From Rhodosorus marinus CCMP1338 (lineage: Eukaryota; Plantae; Rhodophyta), in the NCBI GenBank assembly GCA_029953675.1, contig JAMWBK010000002.1:2294001-2358000 (forward strand): DNA of 64,000 bases, written 5' to 3'. The notes beneath the pieces are model-generated. The model saw only the letters and a list, made by a program, of their open reading frames with translations. It was not told the origin of the DNA and ran no database searches. Positions 1 to 12,637 of the stretch are shown one piece after another. Position 1 is the stretch's first letter; each line of letters begins with the position of its first letter. The position numbers were made by a program, and so were the translations under genes.

Positions 1-194
1 GGGATCGGCTTTATGTATGTGGTTTGATCACCTCTAGTCATCCCCCAATGCATGACGTAATGCTCCGCCTCATGCTGCACCGGATCCGACACAATGCTCA
101 AAGTCACGTGAATCATCCCATCCTCGTTTCTCAGTGTTTGGCAAAACGAGAGCGGCCCAGAATGAACGTAAGATTCGTCGTCCTCAGCACCCAT
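1..194 (-). CDS. 5' fragment of a gene running off the window; possible CBM45-like starch-binding N-terminus (glucan water dikinase/amylase type)
   Basis: Open minus frame MGAEDDESYVHSGPLSFCQTLRNEDGMIHVTLSIVSDPVQHEAEHYVMHWGMTRGDQTTYIKP. The HWG motif resembles CBM45. True start uncertain. Confidence 0.3.
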   Translation of the reverse strand, partial: MGAEDDESYVHSGPLSFCQTLRNEDGMIHVTLSIVSDPVQHEAEHYVMHWGMTRGDQTTYIKPI

Positions 195-2030
195 CCTGAA
201 CCCTCTCCCCCTTCTCGCCCTCCTACCCCCCAACCGCAAAATCTTCCACCCAACAAACCCCCCTACGGCCCACCCCACCACCTCTAAAGCCAGCGCGTTG
301 TTTCACCCTTCTACTACTCCGATCTCGGCTCTCCTCTTCTGTAGTACAGACCCCTTTAATACCCCTTAACAACTCTACCACAACTCTTCCAAGGCCCCGA
401 AATCCCGAACTACACCCACCCCCACCCCCACATTCGTTCTCACCTTCTCCCAGACGTCTCATCATCAATAGAAGAAAAAAAAAAACACAAAGACTACTTC
501 TCGTCAACTTGTTTTCCTCCATTTCCAGGGTATCATTGGCCATCATCATGGCCCCGGCATGGCCCCACAAAAATCTTCATATTTTCAATTAGAGCAGAAC
601 AAACTACGGATTTTCATAATCCAGCTCACATTCCTTTATGAAAAGGAGGGGAAAGATATCTAAGCCCAACCCATAAACATATAATTTCGTAATATTATAG
701 GCTTGATTAGTATTTTGGTTGTGTGCTTTTCTATTGGGAACTTATTTTTGAGTACGTATCTGATTTGAGAAGTAGTTTTTCTTTGGCTTCGTCTATCGAA
801 TACGTTCTGAATATATCTAAATTTATCTCTATTTATTACTTATACGGTATTTAAAAATGGATTATATGGTAGAGGCGGTTTTGCGGGGAGCTTGATAACG
901 GACTTGAAAAAATAAATGTTTCTTAATTAATGTAAAATGAGTTGTTTTTTTTTCCTCAGATCTTTGTATGGTGTTTTGATTGATTTTCTTCGAATTAGGA
1001 TTGATTTGGCTGCCTCCGTGCTCATCGGTGGCAAGTGCTCCGATGAGGATGTCTTGCTACAGTAGGCACGAGGTGAAGTCCTCAGCAGAGTCCATATGGG
1101 AGGTTCAGTGAGGATTTTAAGTGAACACCTCGCGTGTTTCCAGGGAATTTCACTGTTTTGATCTGAAAGCATTCCTGAGTTGAACTCTCCTCGTTCCCTT
1201 CGGTTGCTGGCCGGGTCGTCATATCAAAAGTGATATGGCTTCTGCCCTCGCGTTTGGAATTACCGTAGGAGTTGACTCCTCGAATGGCTGCGAAGCTCCG
1301 ACACAAGAGCCGATCCGTCAAGACGAGGCGACCGCCGAACCTTTTCCCTCATGTACGACTGGCCGCGAGTGGGCTTCTGGACTGCTTTTGACAGCTTCAA
1401 GCAGTGCCAGTACTTCTGCGAGGGATACCATTGACATGAAGCTGCAAGTCCTGTTAAGAACTGGATCAAGGCCGGGGAATGTTGACCCACTTTTTGGAAT
1501 GTCGGGACCTGATTTAATGAATCCTGTGAAATGATTTCTGTGAATGTAGCTGGATCGATTAGGGCCTCGCTTTTATCCAGAATCCGCCTCTAATCAACCA
1601 CTATCGAACCCTTCACCTCTGTGAAACCACTGCTCAGCAAGATCAGACGACACATAGAATTAGGCTATTTCAAAACCTTCCAGTCCAATCATTTGAAGGA
1701 ACCAAAAATCTAACCAATAATACTCTATATTACCAATTCTACAAAATGATTCGTTAGATAATAAGCTTATAACGATCTATGCGCTCTCATTGGTTGAACT
1801 ATGTTCAATGGGGCTGATGGACAGCCTTGGGCCGCGGAGGGTTTCTGGTACAGTCACAAAGCTCCAAGGTCGTTCGTTAATGCTCCGAGCTCCAATTGCT
1901 TAAGATCAAACCCCTGCGTGAAAAAGCTGGAAACTCTCCAGAGCAACGGGGATGCCGACGGCACCCCTGCCGACGGCACCCACAGGGGAATCTCTCACAA
2001 TGCTGGTCATGTTTTCTGGTTGTTCGGGAA

Positions 2031-2509
2031 TCAAAAGTCTTCTTGAATCGGCCACTCCAGCTTCTCCTTGCGCTGAAAAGCTTTCTTGTCCTCCTTCTGT
2101 GCCTGCAGAGCTCGTTTGATCTCGTCCGCTGAAACCTGTTGCAGGCGTTGAGTTATCAGCGATTCCTTCGATGGGTCGATCTGTTTATAGAAGAACAGTG
2201 CGAGAAAAAAATTCCTTAGGGAACGAAGTGGATAGAAGCGAGCGAGTGAAAATTCCTCGAGGATTGCATTACCTCTCCGAGAATCATAACGTTTTCTCCG
2301 CGAATAACAAAAATGCCCTGCGGGACGTCTCCAAACGTCTCCGCGACTACAATTCTCTCTACCGCATCTTCGAGCACAATATTCGCAAACTGGTCGAAGG
2401 ACCTCAAGCAACCAACGATATTCCGACCATCTCTTAAGCACACGACGACCTGCTTATCCAGCTGGTCAACTAAACTCGATGCACCGAATAACTTCAGCTC
2501 CGAGGCCAT
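2031..2509 (-). CDS. LSM1: Sm-like protein LSm1 (2 exons; intron ~2181-2272)
   Basis: GASSLVDQLDKQVVVCLRDGRNIVGCLRSFDQFANIVLEDAVERI...RGENVMILGE|IDPSKE; Sm1/Sm2 motifs; GT-AG intron joins two ORF-track fragments. Confidence 0.93.
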
Positions 2510-2825
2510 GCTCTTCTGACCCGCGTTCGATCCTTCTTCCCTCGGAAAATCCATCCTTTTCTTACTTAATCCAAAATCTAGAAATCTTCTCAAACACTCA
2601 CCGCCTTCGAGCATCTCAGACCATAGACCCATCCACCTTCTCAACCCCCTTGGCATTTGTCAGTGCTACCTGATAAGGACGGGCGCTCGTCCTGGAAAGA
2701 CCATGAGGCCCGTAAAGCTCAAGCTGGCCCGCTCTGATAGTTGAAAAGAGTTCCATAGCCCTAGTCTAATGAGAATAGAACTGAATCTAAGCCTGCATTC
2801 TGCTTTTTCTGTGAAGGTTTTGCCG

Positions 2826-3656
2826 ATGAGCATGGACGAAACGCGCAGCCTCTCATGCTTCGTTTGTGGCCCGCTGTTGTTGCCTCGCCGTTCTGCTCGG
2901 ATTGGAAAGCTTAGCTGTGGACAGACCCCCCCTTCGCGGGTTGTTATAGTTCCTAATAATCAGTTTACCATATCGTCGGCGGACGCATGGTACAGCTGGC
3001 TGAAGGACGAGGTCAGTTTTGACGTAGAGGTCGCCGAGTCGTTTCCGAATCCCTACGATGCGAATACCAAGAGATGGGAGCGGGTTTGGTTGAATTACCT
3101 GCGCGACGAGCTCAAGATTGACTCATCAACAGTAGGTTCTTTTTGCTTCCCGCGGAAGAAGTCATTGCTTGTCCAAATAGGTTCTTATGAGCTGAGCCGT
3201 CTCTGTTGACGTCGTTCTAATACAGATTACTATCGGTCACGGTAGTGGAGCCGACGCGCTTCTCCGATTCCTTGAGAACTATCCAGCATACGGATCGATT
3301 CTAGTTGCTCCGTGTGATGAGTATCATGCTGGAGAAAGACACGGAAGACCCCATCACTGGGTTGATATTAGAAGGAACTGCCTCCATTTTATTGAACATA
3401 TATATTCCATCGATGACGGTTTCGTTACGAAGAGCGAGTCTCGGTTTGTTGCATCACAGCTACGGGCAAAGTCACTTGAGCTCCGAGGTCGCGGACGGAT
3501 CTCAGACTCGGTGAGTTATGCGCACGCAAAATATTCCTACAACGACTTGTGCGCGCTGTCAACCCGCTTACTAGCTGTCCTAATCCGTTGTGGTTTGAGC
3601 AGCAGCTCCCAGAAGTGAAAACCATTTTGACAGCTCATTTACAATCCTTGAACTAA
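2826..3656 (+). CDS. RBBP9/YdeN-family alpha/beta-hydrolase-like protein with putative transit peptide; catalytic residues appear lost (3 exons)
   Basis: VVIVP...WYSWLK...FPNPY...WLNYLRDELKIDSST|ITIGHGSGADALLRF aligns by eye with RBBP9. Introns 3132-3225 and 3511-~3602. Confidence 0.75.
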
Positions 3657-3686
3657 AGTCCCGCCGAACTCCAGGACACCAGCATA

Positions 3687-6137
3687 TCATTGGCTCTGCT
3701 TCCCTCCGGATCGAAATTCTATTTTGGTTCTACCACCCCCAGACTTGCCCCTTTCACGGTACTCCTCCTGCAAAGCCGAAGCAGAGGATGCTCCACCCAT
3801 CATCGAGCCTTTTCTTTTCTGAGACAACGAGTCATCCATCCTTTCAGACCTGCCCTTTTTCGCGTCTGAGAGGAACTTGCCAACGCCGAATGGATCATCC
3901 TCAGCAGTCGTTCCTTGGCCCTGAATCCGGTCAGAGGATAAACCAAAACGATCAGCGTACTTGTAGACTATCCAACTAGCAGACCCCCGCCAGCCAACAT
4001 ACCTTAATGCTAGTCTCAGCATCCCTTTCAAACTCAACAGGTTTTTCACGTTTCCCACTCCTAGAAGCAAACGTCTCCTCTGCTCCTTCAAACCCTTTGT
4101 CAGCCTTGAATCGAGCAGTGTTCGTGGCGTCCTCCCCACGAGGACGATACATGAAATTGTCTCCCTTGGCCGAGAACAGAGGCTTGTCATAAAGATTATA
4201 GCTGTCCTCAGCAGCAAGTCCGCTGTCCATTCCACCTTTTCCTTGGTTGAACAGCCGCTGATCGTACATGACTTCCCCGTTACCTGAGGCTGCGACCTGA
4301 AGAGGAACAAGGAGCAACATTAGCAACCCCATCACTAAACAAACAATTAACTATTCATACAAAGGCAATCGACTATTTACCTTCTGTCCAAGGGCAAGGC
4401 GCTCGGTGACGTCACGGTCTTTGTCACGCGAGAGTTTGCTCTTCTTCACTGCAGCACCTGCTCATAAAACGCTTAATGTCAACAAAAGAGCAACAACCCC
4501 AGACCAACTAGCAGAATTTGGGGTGATCCTGAGCTCACCGTCCTCTCCTGCTCGCTCTTTGAGACGCATCTCACGCTCACGTTCCCGACGCCTCTCCTCT
4601 CTGATTTCATCCCTCTTTCGACGCTCGAAATCGTCTCGGGAACTTCGAACCGGGGACCTGTCATCACGATGACTGGGTCTTCTTCGTTCCGGAGAACGAT
4701 CGCCACGACTAGAAGGGCCTCGCAAGGGAGAAGGTGACCTGTTCCGTCGCGAAGGTGAGTCCCGCTCTGGCGATCTGGGGTTGTGGTCCCTTCCACGTTC
4801 AATCGGAGGCGAGTCGCCCACAAAGCTTTCCGTGACATTGTCCGGTGGTGGTGGGTTCACAGATGGTCTGGCAATGCCAGATCGCTCTGCACGAGCTCTT
4901 GCCGCTAGGTCTCGTAACTCCTGTTCTTTCTTGTCTTTCTCCTTCATGTTAATGTGTTTCTGCATTTGAGCTCGCTCTTCAACCATATCACGGGCAGTCC
5001 TCTCTGCGGTATACAAACTTTCAGCAAGCTTGGCAAAGTTATCGTTAATCCTCAAATCTTGCAGACCTTGTATGGTGGAAACGAATAGCCCTCTTAGTGT
5101 GCTGCTCGTTTTGGTCAGTTCAGAGTGAAGCCCGGGGGCTACTCATTCTTACCTCTCCCATCAGCCGCAAGGCGTTTGTCGAGAGGAATTGTATAACCCT
5201 TGTTATTCTTCCAATTTGAGACACAAGGGGGGATCTTCCAGTTCTTGTTATCCTCAGCGGTAAGCTTTCGCGGTGGGGAATGCATAACCGGTGCAGGTGG
5301 ACTTGGCGGCGCCGGTGGCACTAGAAAATCGGATCAAGGGGTGCATTTTAGCAACCGGTGTAGGGGCTCTCCGCTTTTGGGTGTGCATCCTCACCTTTCT
5401 TTTGATGAAACTTTGGCGGTTCCAACGGATCTACGGGGGCTTCCATCATTCGAATTATGCGTTGAGAGGATCCAGAGTTATGGCTGGCTCCACCGTTCGC
5501 CGGCGTGTACTTGACATAAGTGGGTTTCCTGAAAGTGGACGCGGAGGACATGCACTTTCAGAATCAGGCTGGGGAGCAAACTGCACCTCATGGAACAGAT
5601 ACGAAGACTTATAACTTACGGAGTATTACCGGAACCGCGAAAGTTGTTCGGCTGCGCAGCAGCTATTTTTCCTTGTACGATTTTCTCAAGAGCGCTTTTC
5701 GTTCGGTCTGCAGTTTCTTGTTCCAGTTCTTCGCCGGGTCTTTGCAGCAGTTTTTCGTCCCGTGCCTTCTCTACTACAGCGGAATGCGCAGAGTGAACGA
5801 TTTCACTACTTTTCTCACCTTGCTTAACGACAGCTGCGTAGTCCACGTTTCCTTCTTCGTCCACTCGCATTGCCACAGTCTTTGACACCCCAGTTCCCCT
5901 TCCCTTTCGACCCATGTCCAGCGGGAATTGGTTAATTCCAATCTCCGGATATGCTCCTCCATCGTCAAAGTCCTCAAGGTTCCTGGGAATGAACCTCGGA
6001 CGAGCTTGGTTCCTTCTCGGATACGGCGGAATCTTCGAGGACTTTGGAGCAACAGGCTTCTCCTCTTCATCACTAGCATCCTCCACAACCTCCTCAACCT
6101 GCCGCGGAACCGGCAGAAAGTTGGATATAGAGGTCAT
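3687..6137 (-). CDS. SNW1: SNW domain splicing factor SKIP/Prp45 (multi-exon)
   Basis: DFDDGGAYPEI, YVKYTPA, DPLEPPKFHQKK, WKIPPCVSNWKNNKGYTIPLDKRLAADGRG, INDNFAKLAESLYTAER, YDQRLFNQ, DDPFG. Confidence 0.96.
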
Positions 6138-6682
6138 CGTCTCTGGCAAAAAAACTCAAGGTACACTCTGAAGGCCAAAACAAAATAGGAAACAAAAAAT
6201 GGAGAGGAAGACTCAAACAAACTTGAAACGAGGCGAAAGCCTTCCCTTCAACTTTTCCTAACCATAATAAACCTTAACGTCGTCAACAACCAACTCCTCA
6301 TCTCATCCCAAAGCCAACCCTCCAGCTCCCAACCCCGAAGTGTCCAAAGCGAAACAGCGTTTGCTTGTATTCTTCTCTCCAGTTGTAAACATTGGCCAAC
6401 TCAAATACGTTCTCCGCAAAAAAAATTTTTTGACTCCAACCGCTGTTGTAATTCTTCCTCACCCCTACAGAAATTCATGAGAATTGACCCGAAGTTTTAT
6501 ACGACGGGTAAGATATTTATCTCAAAATATCCTTCCCCAAATTGATAAATATTTGACATAAGTGGGCGCCTGGGGAAAAGTATTACCCCAGGTGTTTTGA
6601 CGTTTGAGAATGAGTAGAGTAACCACCCCTCTAAATTTTGCGCGAGTTGGAAGGGGCGGGTCAGCTACGAAAGTTCGGGGCT

Positions 6683-6779
6683 GGTGAGACGGTGCGTTTG
6701 GGAGTACTTACTAACGCCCATAGTAAGCGCCAGAGTAGTATTTCCTTATCATTGTGTTTCTAGTCTACTAACTTCTCAG
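6683..6779 (+). other. Candidate nested spliceosomal twin intron ([D1,2] stwintron-like)
   Basis: G|GTGAGA...TACTAAC(6709-6715)...TAG(6723)|TAAGC...TACTAAC(6766-6772)...CAG(6779). Confidence 0.4.
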
Positions 6780-9163
6780 CTCTCTACTCGAGGCCTGGCA
6801 TACTGAGGTGTTGTTTGGCAGCGGTGCGACCAGCCCGCTCCCTATCCACCTTGGACCGGAGGGGGAGGGGAGGAAAGGCGAAAGGCACTGCTCTTGTGGA
6901 GCAGATTGAGAAACAAAACTGAAAACCCTCGGAAATATCTGGTTCATGAAATAATGTCTAAAACTCTGCACAATAGAAGAGCCTCGACAGCCATTTCCGC
7001 CAGACATCACCCGTAATAGCTTCCCGGTCTTGGGAGACGTGTACGATGTACGACAGTGCACTACCAGTCAGGACAGACTGTCCCAAAACGTGAGAAAAAT
7101 CATTGAGGAGTCAATCCAATTATTTTGGGGTACGAAACGATGAAAAATTCAAAGAAAATAGTAGTTCAATCAAATAAATTCAGTTTTCAGTTGAAAGAAA
7201 AGTGGCTCCGCTGTGCCCCTAGAAAGTCACTCTCGCCAACACGTCCTGAAGCAGTCTGCGTGAGCCTCACCTCATCAGTCGTATGATATTCAGGCGATAT
7301 AAAACAGGCATGCTGTGGTCAGCGAGCTATGCTCATTTGACCAGAGCGCAAGTTGTAGAGTCAGCAAGTGGAAAATCTGCTGACCCTTCGCAGGATTCGG
7401 AAGGCTAGAAACGATTGCGGGCCTAAAGGTTGACGAGATCTTTCCCGACTGAGTTCCGTGTTGATACGATTAGGGTACTGATTTTGTGGTCACGATCGCA
7501 GATGGTGCCCTCGCTTGAACTGCCGTGTTAATCCGGAGTTTTAGTTACGCCTGGTAGCACTCAGCGTCCACGGGAAATCCTAAATCGAAACTCCACAGCT
7601 CGTAGGAATGTCTTTCTTTTCTTACAGCAGAGATTGACAATCAGTCGAGTACGTTATTATCGGAAATCCTCTGAGCGAAGGAATCAACTCAATCAACTAA
7701 AAATCTCGTCAATCCGACAAAAAAACAAGGCAGCCGAACCCTAAACTGCGACCTATCGTGCTTAACCACCAGATGCTACAGCTGGTAGCTGTGGAATCCA
7801 CGTAATCGAGCTCTATACACTCTGTGCACCGCGAAATGGTCTGACCCTCCTCACACCATAGACTCGCTACCAGTTCAAGCCGTCCTGGAGATTCTGTGCA
7901 TATCTTCCTGCCATTACCCTCGAGACAAACGCAAAGGGAGGACATTTTGCAGTGCTAGAAAGGTTTGTGGGTCTGCATATCATCCAGCGAGTGACAGCTA
8001 GGCTACAAAGCCGCCCCCCACCACGAGACATGTGTCCCAACTTCTCGAAGGCCAAAACCGGCATGAACTGAAATTAAAAGTAACGGGAAGAGGGGGTTAC
8101 AAATGTGAGTACAAAATGAACAGAAAATCGAAAATAAATACATGAGGAAGGATTTCTTCATTTATTAGTTGTGAGAGAAGGAGGGTGAAAAAAAAGAAGA
8201 ATGAGGTCAATGAAATATGAGATAGAGAAAATCTCTGGACATTTGAGAGAGGGGGTTTACATACTGTCCGAGCTCTCTCTTCGGGTTTGCCCTTGTGGGG
8301 GTGAGGAAGAAGAGGACAGCTGGAGAAGGAGTACAGTATTTTTTGAGTCAGACCAGGGTGGTTTTTGAAGTGATACTTGTTACGTGTTGTTTTTTGTACA
8401 TTAAAGGAGAACTGAACAGTAGTCGGCAAGATTTTTTTTCTGTACTTGGGTGCGTCTCAGCGGAGGAGGGGGAAGCAGAGCAGGAGCGTTGGTAAGGTAA
8501 AAAAGCTGCAGTCGTATGAAAGCAATTGGGCTTTGGCTCACACTAGTTTCTTACTTTTCCCGCCTCTTGTTGTGCAGGTTTTAGGGTATTAGTGCTCTGT
8601 GGGATTGTGGCTTCGTCGGAGTGGCAACCGTCGTTGGCGAGGGGGAAGAGGCAGCGGGTTGTAGGGTTAAGATTACAGAGTTCTGGGCGGACGTTTGTGC
8701 TGATGGAAAGTTTCTTTCACAGTTAGTTCTGCTTTGAAAGGAACTGACTAGTAGTCTGCAGGATTGTGGCTTTCGTCGGGGTGTCGGTTTTGCTTGGCCC
8801 AGGAGGATAGACTGGGAAAGAAGATCCTGGAGTGAGGTTTGCTTTTTGTTGAGGGGGAGGAAGTGAGAACGGTGGTCTACCTGAGTGTTTCGAGATCTTG
8901 AAATCCCATTGTCTGTTAGATTTTGTGATTTTGGGTCAGTGGACTGGGTTATAAGTCCTGTAGCCGGTTTTCTGAGTTTTATCTTTTGATTACAAGGAGG
9001 TAGTGGCGTGGCTGAGTTGGGTTGATAACGAGCTCTGTTATGGGAACATGGACGACTCAAGTGTTTCCGTATCGTAGCTAGAAATGGGTAGAATTTGAGA
9101 TTGTGCGAGGTTAGTCGGTAAGCACACCACCTGATTGAGTCAGGCAGGAAGCTTGTCTGCGCC

Positions 9164-11650
9164 ATGGAGACACTACGTGCTCTCCATCGGAGGGAAATGG
9201 GAACCAGTTCACAGCGCACTGATGATTCATACAGCCTCGGGTATGCACCTGATCAGATTCGAACTACTGGGCAGATAGAAGAGACGGAATCGGTCTTGAT
9301 GCACAATGGCTGCGTCAATACGGCGAACTGGAACAGGGATGGTAATATGCTCATTACTGGCTCGGATGACAGGAAGCTTAAAATTTGGGACACGTCGCGC
9401 TACAACAATGTAACAGCAAAGGCGGTTCTTCACACTGGATTTCTGGACAATATTTTCTTTGCTGGTGAGCCGGATTCGCAGCCGTAGATGTAGAACCTCT
9501 AAGAATGTACTAACATTGCACCAAACTTCGGTGTCTCTGACAGACTTTATTCCAGGAACCCAGGATCGGTACGTGGTCGCTTGCTCTGCGGATGGAACTA
9601 CGCGGCTGTTTGATCTTGAGCGACCAGATTATGAGGACGTTTTGCTGTCGGCCCTGGGCAATGCACATGGCTTCCTCTTCTGGAACGAGAGTCCGGCAGA
9701 ATCTCCTCAAGCGGTTGTTATGTTCACAGCCAACAACGATGGTACCATAGCGAGAGTATGTCATCATATCATTTACCTTAGGAGAAAAATTAGCCTCATC
9801 GTGGTTGTCCCCTAACCCGTAATTCTCTGGCTAGATTGATTTGCGGGATCCAAATAAGGCGTCAACAATCTCTGTACTCGAAGGCGATGCCCCTGTCAAG
9901 GCATTGGCGATGCCTTCTTCGAGAACACCTGGGTACCTCCCTTATCAGATTGCTGTGGGTGGCCATGCTCGGCACATCCGAGTATATGATCTACGTTTGA
10001 ACGTACCGAACAATCCGCTTTCGAGCAATCAGGATTGGTAAGCCGGGCGACGGCCCTACTCCAGGGTGCTTCTAACTTTTAACGGCGAAGTTTAGTATCT
10101 AACCTGTTGCCGTAACTCCGCCTTTAGCATCCAGTCGTTTTGCCCTTGGTCTTTTGAGCGCAGCTGGAATGACGACCGGCTGATGCATGAGTTAGGAGTA
10201 AGTGGGATGATGTACAGTTATGAAGGAAGAAAACTGCTTGTCTCCTACCAAGGTGCACAGATATACTCTTTTCCTACGGACGCGGTACCAAACGAGAAGG
10301 GCGTCATTGAAGAGTCGAAAGTATTTGGGGGTCACATAAACTATGCCACCTTCCTCAAGTCCGTGAGCTATTACGGACCAAAGGATGAATACGTCTTGAG
10401 CGGAAGCGACAGTAAGCACATATGGATTTGGGATGAACGGTAGGCTTGCAGTCAAATAGAAACAACGCATCTATCCCCAAAAGAAGAGGGACTGATCAAG
10501 GCCTTCCTTCGATGCTGGGTCATTAGAACCACTCGTGTACGACTGCTACTGGAGGCGGACGATAATATTTGCAACGGTGTAATTCCCCATCCGCACGATT
10601 CTTCCTTTTGCTCTTATGGAATCGACTTGGATGCAAAGCTTTGGAAACCTGGAGTTGTTGAAGGAGCTCCCACATGCGACGATGAATACATAGACAGCGT
10701 TCTTGAAGGAAACGTAATTTGTTTGGTGAAGACGAGATATCAGTGCTTGGACGTTCAGTCCTATCTTAGAAATGTCAGGTACTTGCGGTCCAAGCCACAC
10801 GACCGAGGCGACACTTGGCCAAGCTATCCGCGAGATCTGGAGATTGATGCCCTGTCAAACAAGGAGGTATCCCCTACACGGTCCGACAACTGTCTGTTGC
10901 TTTCATGTAAGAGGACTGAGATCTGAATCTTCGTTCTTTGTCTGTGCTGCTCTTAGACGCTCCTGGAAGCCGCCGAGCAGATCAAAGGCGCTGGTAATGA
11001 TTACTTCACTGATGGGATGGTGAAGAAGGCATTGTCCAAGTATGAGAAAGCAGAGCGGTATCTTCTTGCTTACAACTTTGTCAAGAAGTATTCCCGGGGC
11101 CCTGCTGAGCTGCAAAATAAGCTGCTGCAGTTGGAGATCATGACCTACTACATCCTAGATGAGGATTCAGTATTCTTTCGACGGGACGATGAGGAACAGG
11201 TGACCTCGCTGAAGGTGAGTAGAGACGTTTCTATCTTCACAATCCGCCACCCGAGAAAGAGTTGAACTTAGGAAGCTCTGCCATTGTGAATTCGATCCTG
11301 GCAACTAGGTCTCATGTCTCTTGAACTTGGCCCAATGCGCTCTCTTACTCGGAAATCCGAAGAGAACGATAGAGCTTTGCAATCGCGTTCTTGCAGTCGA
11401 CCAAAACAATGCAAAAGCATTGTTCCGGCGAGGAAGTGCCCGTCTCGAGGTCGTCTCGTCCCCACGCGAGTTGGAGGAGGCAATGGTAGATCTGTCGAAT
11501 GCCGACGCGATCGCCCCGTCCGATGTTGTTAAGCGAAGATTCCTAGCCGCTAAGAAGAGGCTGGGGGAGTATCGACGTTGGGAGTCAAAAATATATCGCA
11601 ATATATTTCGTTCTGAGGACGACGAGGAAGGGGAGCAAGGAGAGACCTAA
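9164..11650 (+). CDS. WD40-repeat protein with C-terminal TPRs (WDTC1/DCAF6/DCAF8-like CRL4 substrate receptor), multi-exon
   Basis: HNGCVNTANWNRDGNMLITGSDDRKLKIWD; GHINYATFLKSVSYYGPKDEYVLSGSDSKHIWIWD; SYGIDLDAKLW; TPR segment NLAQCALLLG...KALFRRGSA. Confidence 0.85.
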
Positions 11651-11841
11651 TTGTACTAAGCCAGAGACCTAGTCCGCTTGCACGAGCTACCGAGCCGTCC
11701 ACTATCACCTTTCCCTTTCCAAAACACTTCCCGACTCATGCCAGACTGGAGCCAATGCGGCATTCGTCACAACTGAACGTACGCAAAGGCGCTGCTGGTT
11801 TTGTTTGGTTTTTGCTTTCATGTAAACGAGCTGTGTTTTTT

Positions 11842-12637
11842 TTACTCTACGTCGAGGACTCGGATCCCATCTTTGTCCACGATCTTCACTGTATACTTGA
11901 ATTGCTGTACCAAAACTCTTTTTCTGACTTCAGAAATGCACATTTTCACAAGCTGAATCGCTTCATCTACATCCATCCTTGTGAACATGAAACACAAACA
12001 AGAGTCACACAACTAGTAAACGCCGATTCGGAAGATAAAAGGATTAAATTAGCTGTCGGTGGTGTGCATCAGTACCCCTCCTTCCAATGTCTATCCATCG
12101 TCGACATGACGAACAGCGGCGCGAGCCCTTGTGCTGTGTAATTCAATTTGTGCAAAGTTCCGAGGTAGTCCAAGAAGTAAACGGAGGGTCCGTCAGCCTC
12201 ATCATATCCTGCTAAGATCATATTCGTTTGAAAAGCTCCTCCTCGAGACCTGCAAAGCGATTCGTATTCCACGGGCTAACGTCAAAGATCCGAGCGAGAA
12301 AGACGCAGGCAAGCTTTGAGGGAAAATGCTTGTCGGGTTCGGTATCTGACCTTATAGCCTTCGCGATAACACCACGCATGAAGTTCGCCACTGCGGCGGT
12401 GCTAAGGCTGATGCTCGTTCTCAGCGAATACAACATCACATTCTTCTGAACGTACTCCGACAAATCGGCGATTGAGTTGACCTCCCCAGCCATCGCGAGG
12501 ATCTTATGATCGTCGAGGACCTTGATCTTATCCAAATCATCCTTCATCACAACCACAGATCTCGCATTCGTCGAGTCCGCGGCACAGATCACAAAGTCCT
12601 TCCCGACAAACCCAAAGATTGAATCAAGCATAGACAT
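11842..12637 (-). CDS. PSMB2: 20S proteasome beta subunit (PSMB2/PRE1), 3 exons
   Basis: MLDSIFGFVGKDFVICAAD...MILAGYDEADGPSVYFLDYLGTL...YTVKIVDKDGIR. Confidence 0.95.

Noticed and set aside
930-2030. Short ORFs between the first gene and LSM1
   Set aside because: No consistent exon chain or motif could be built.
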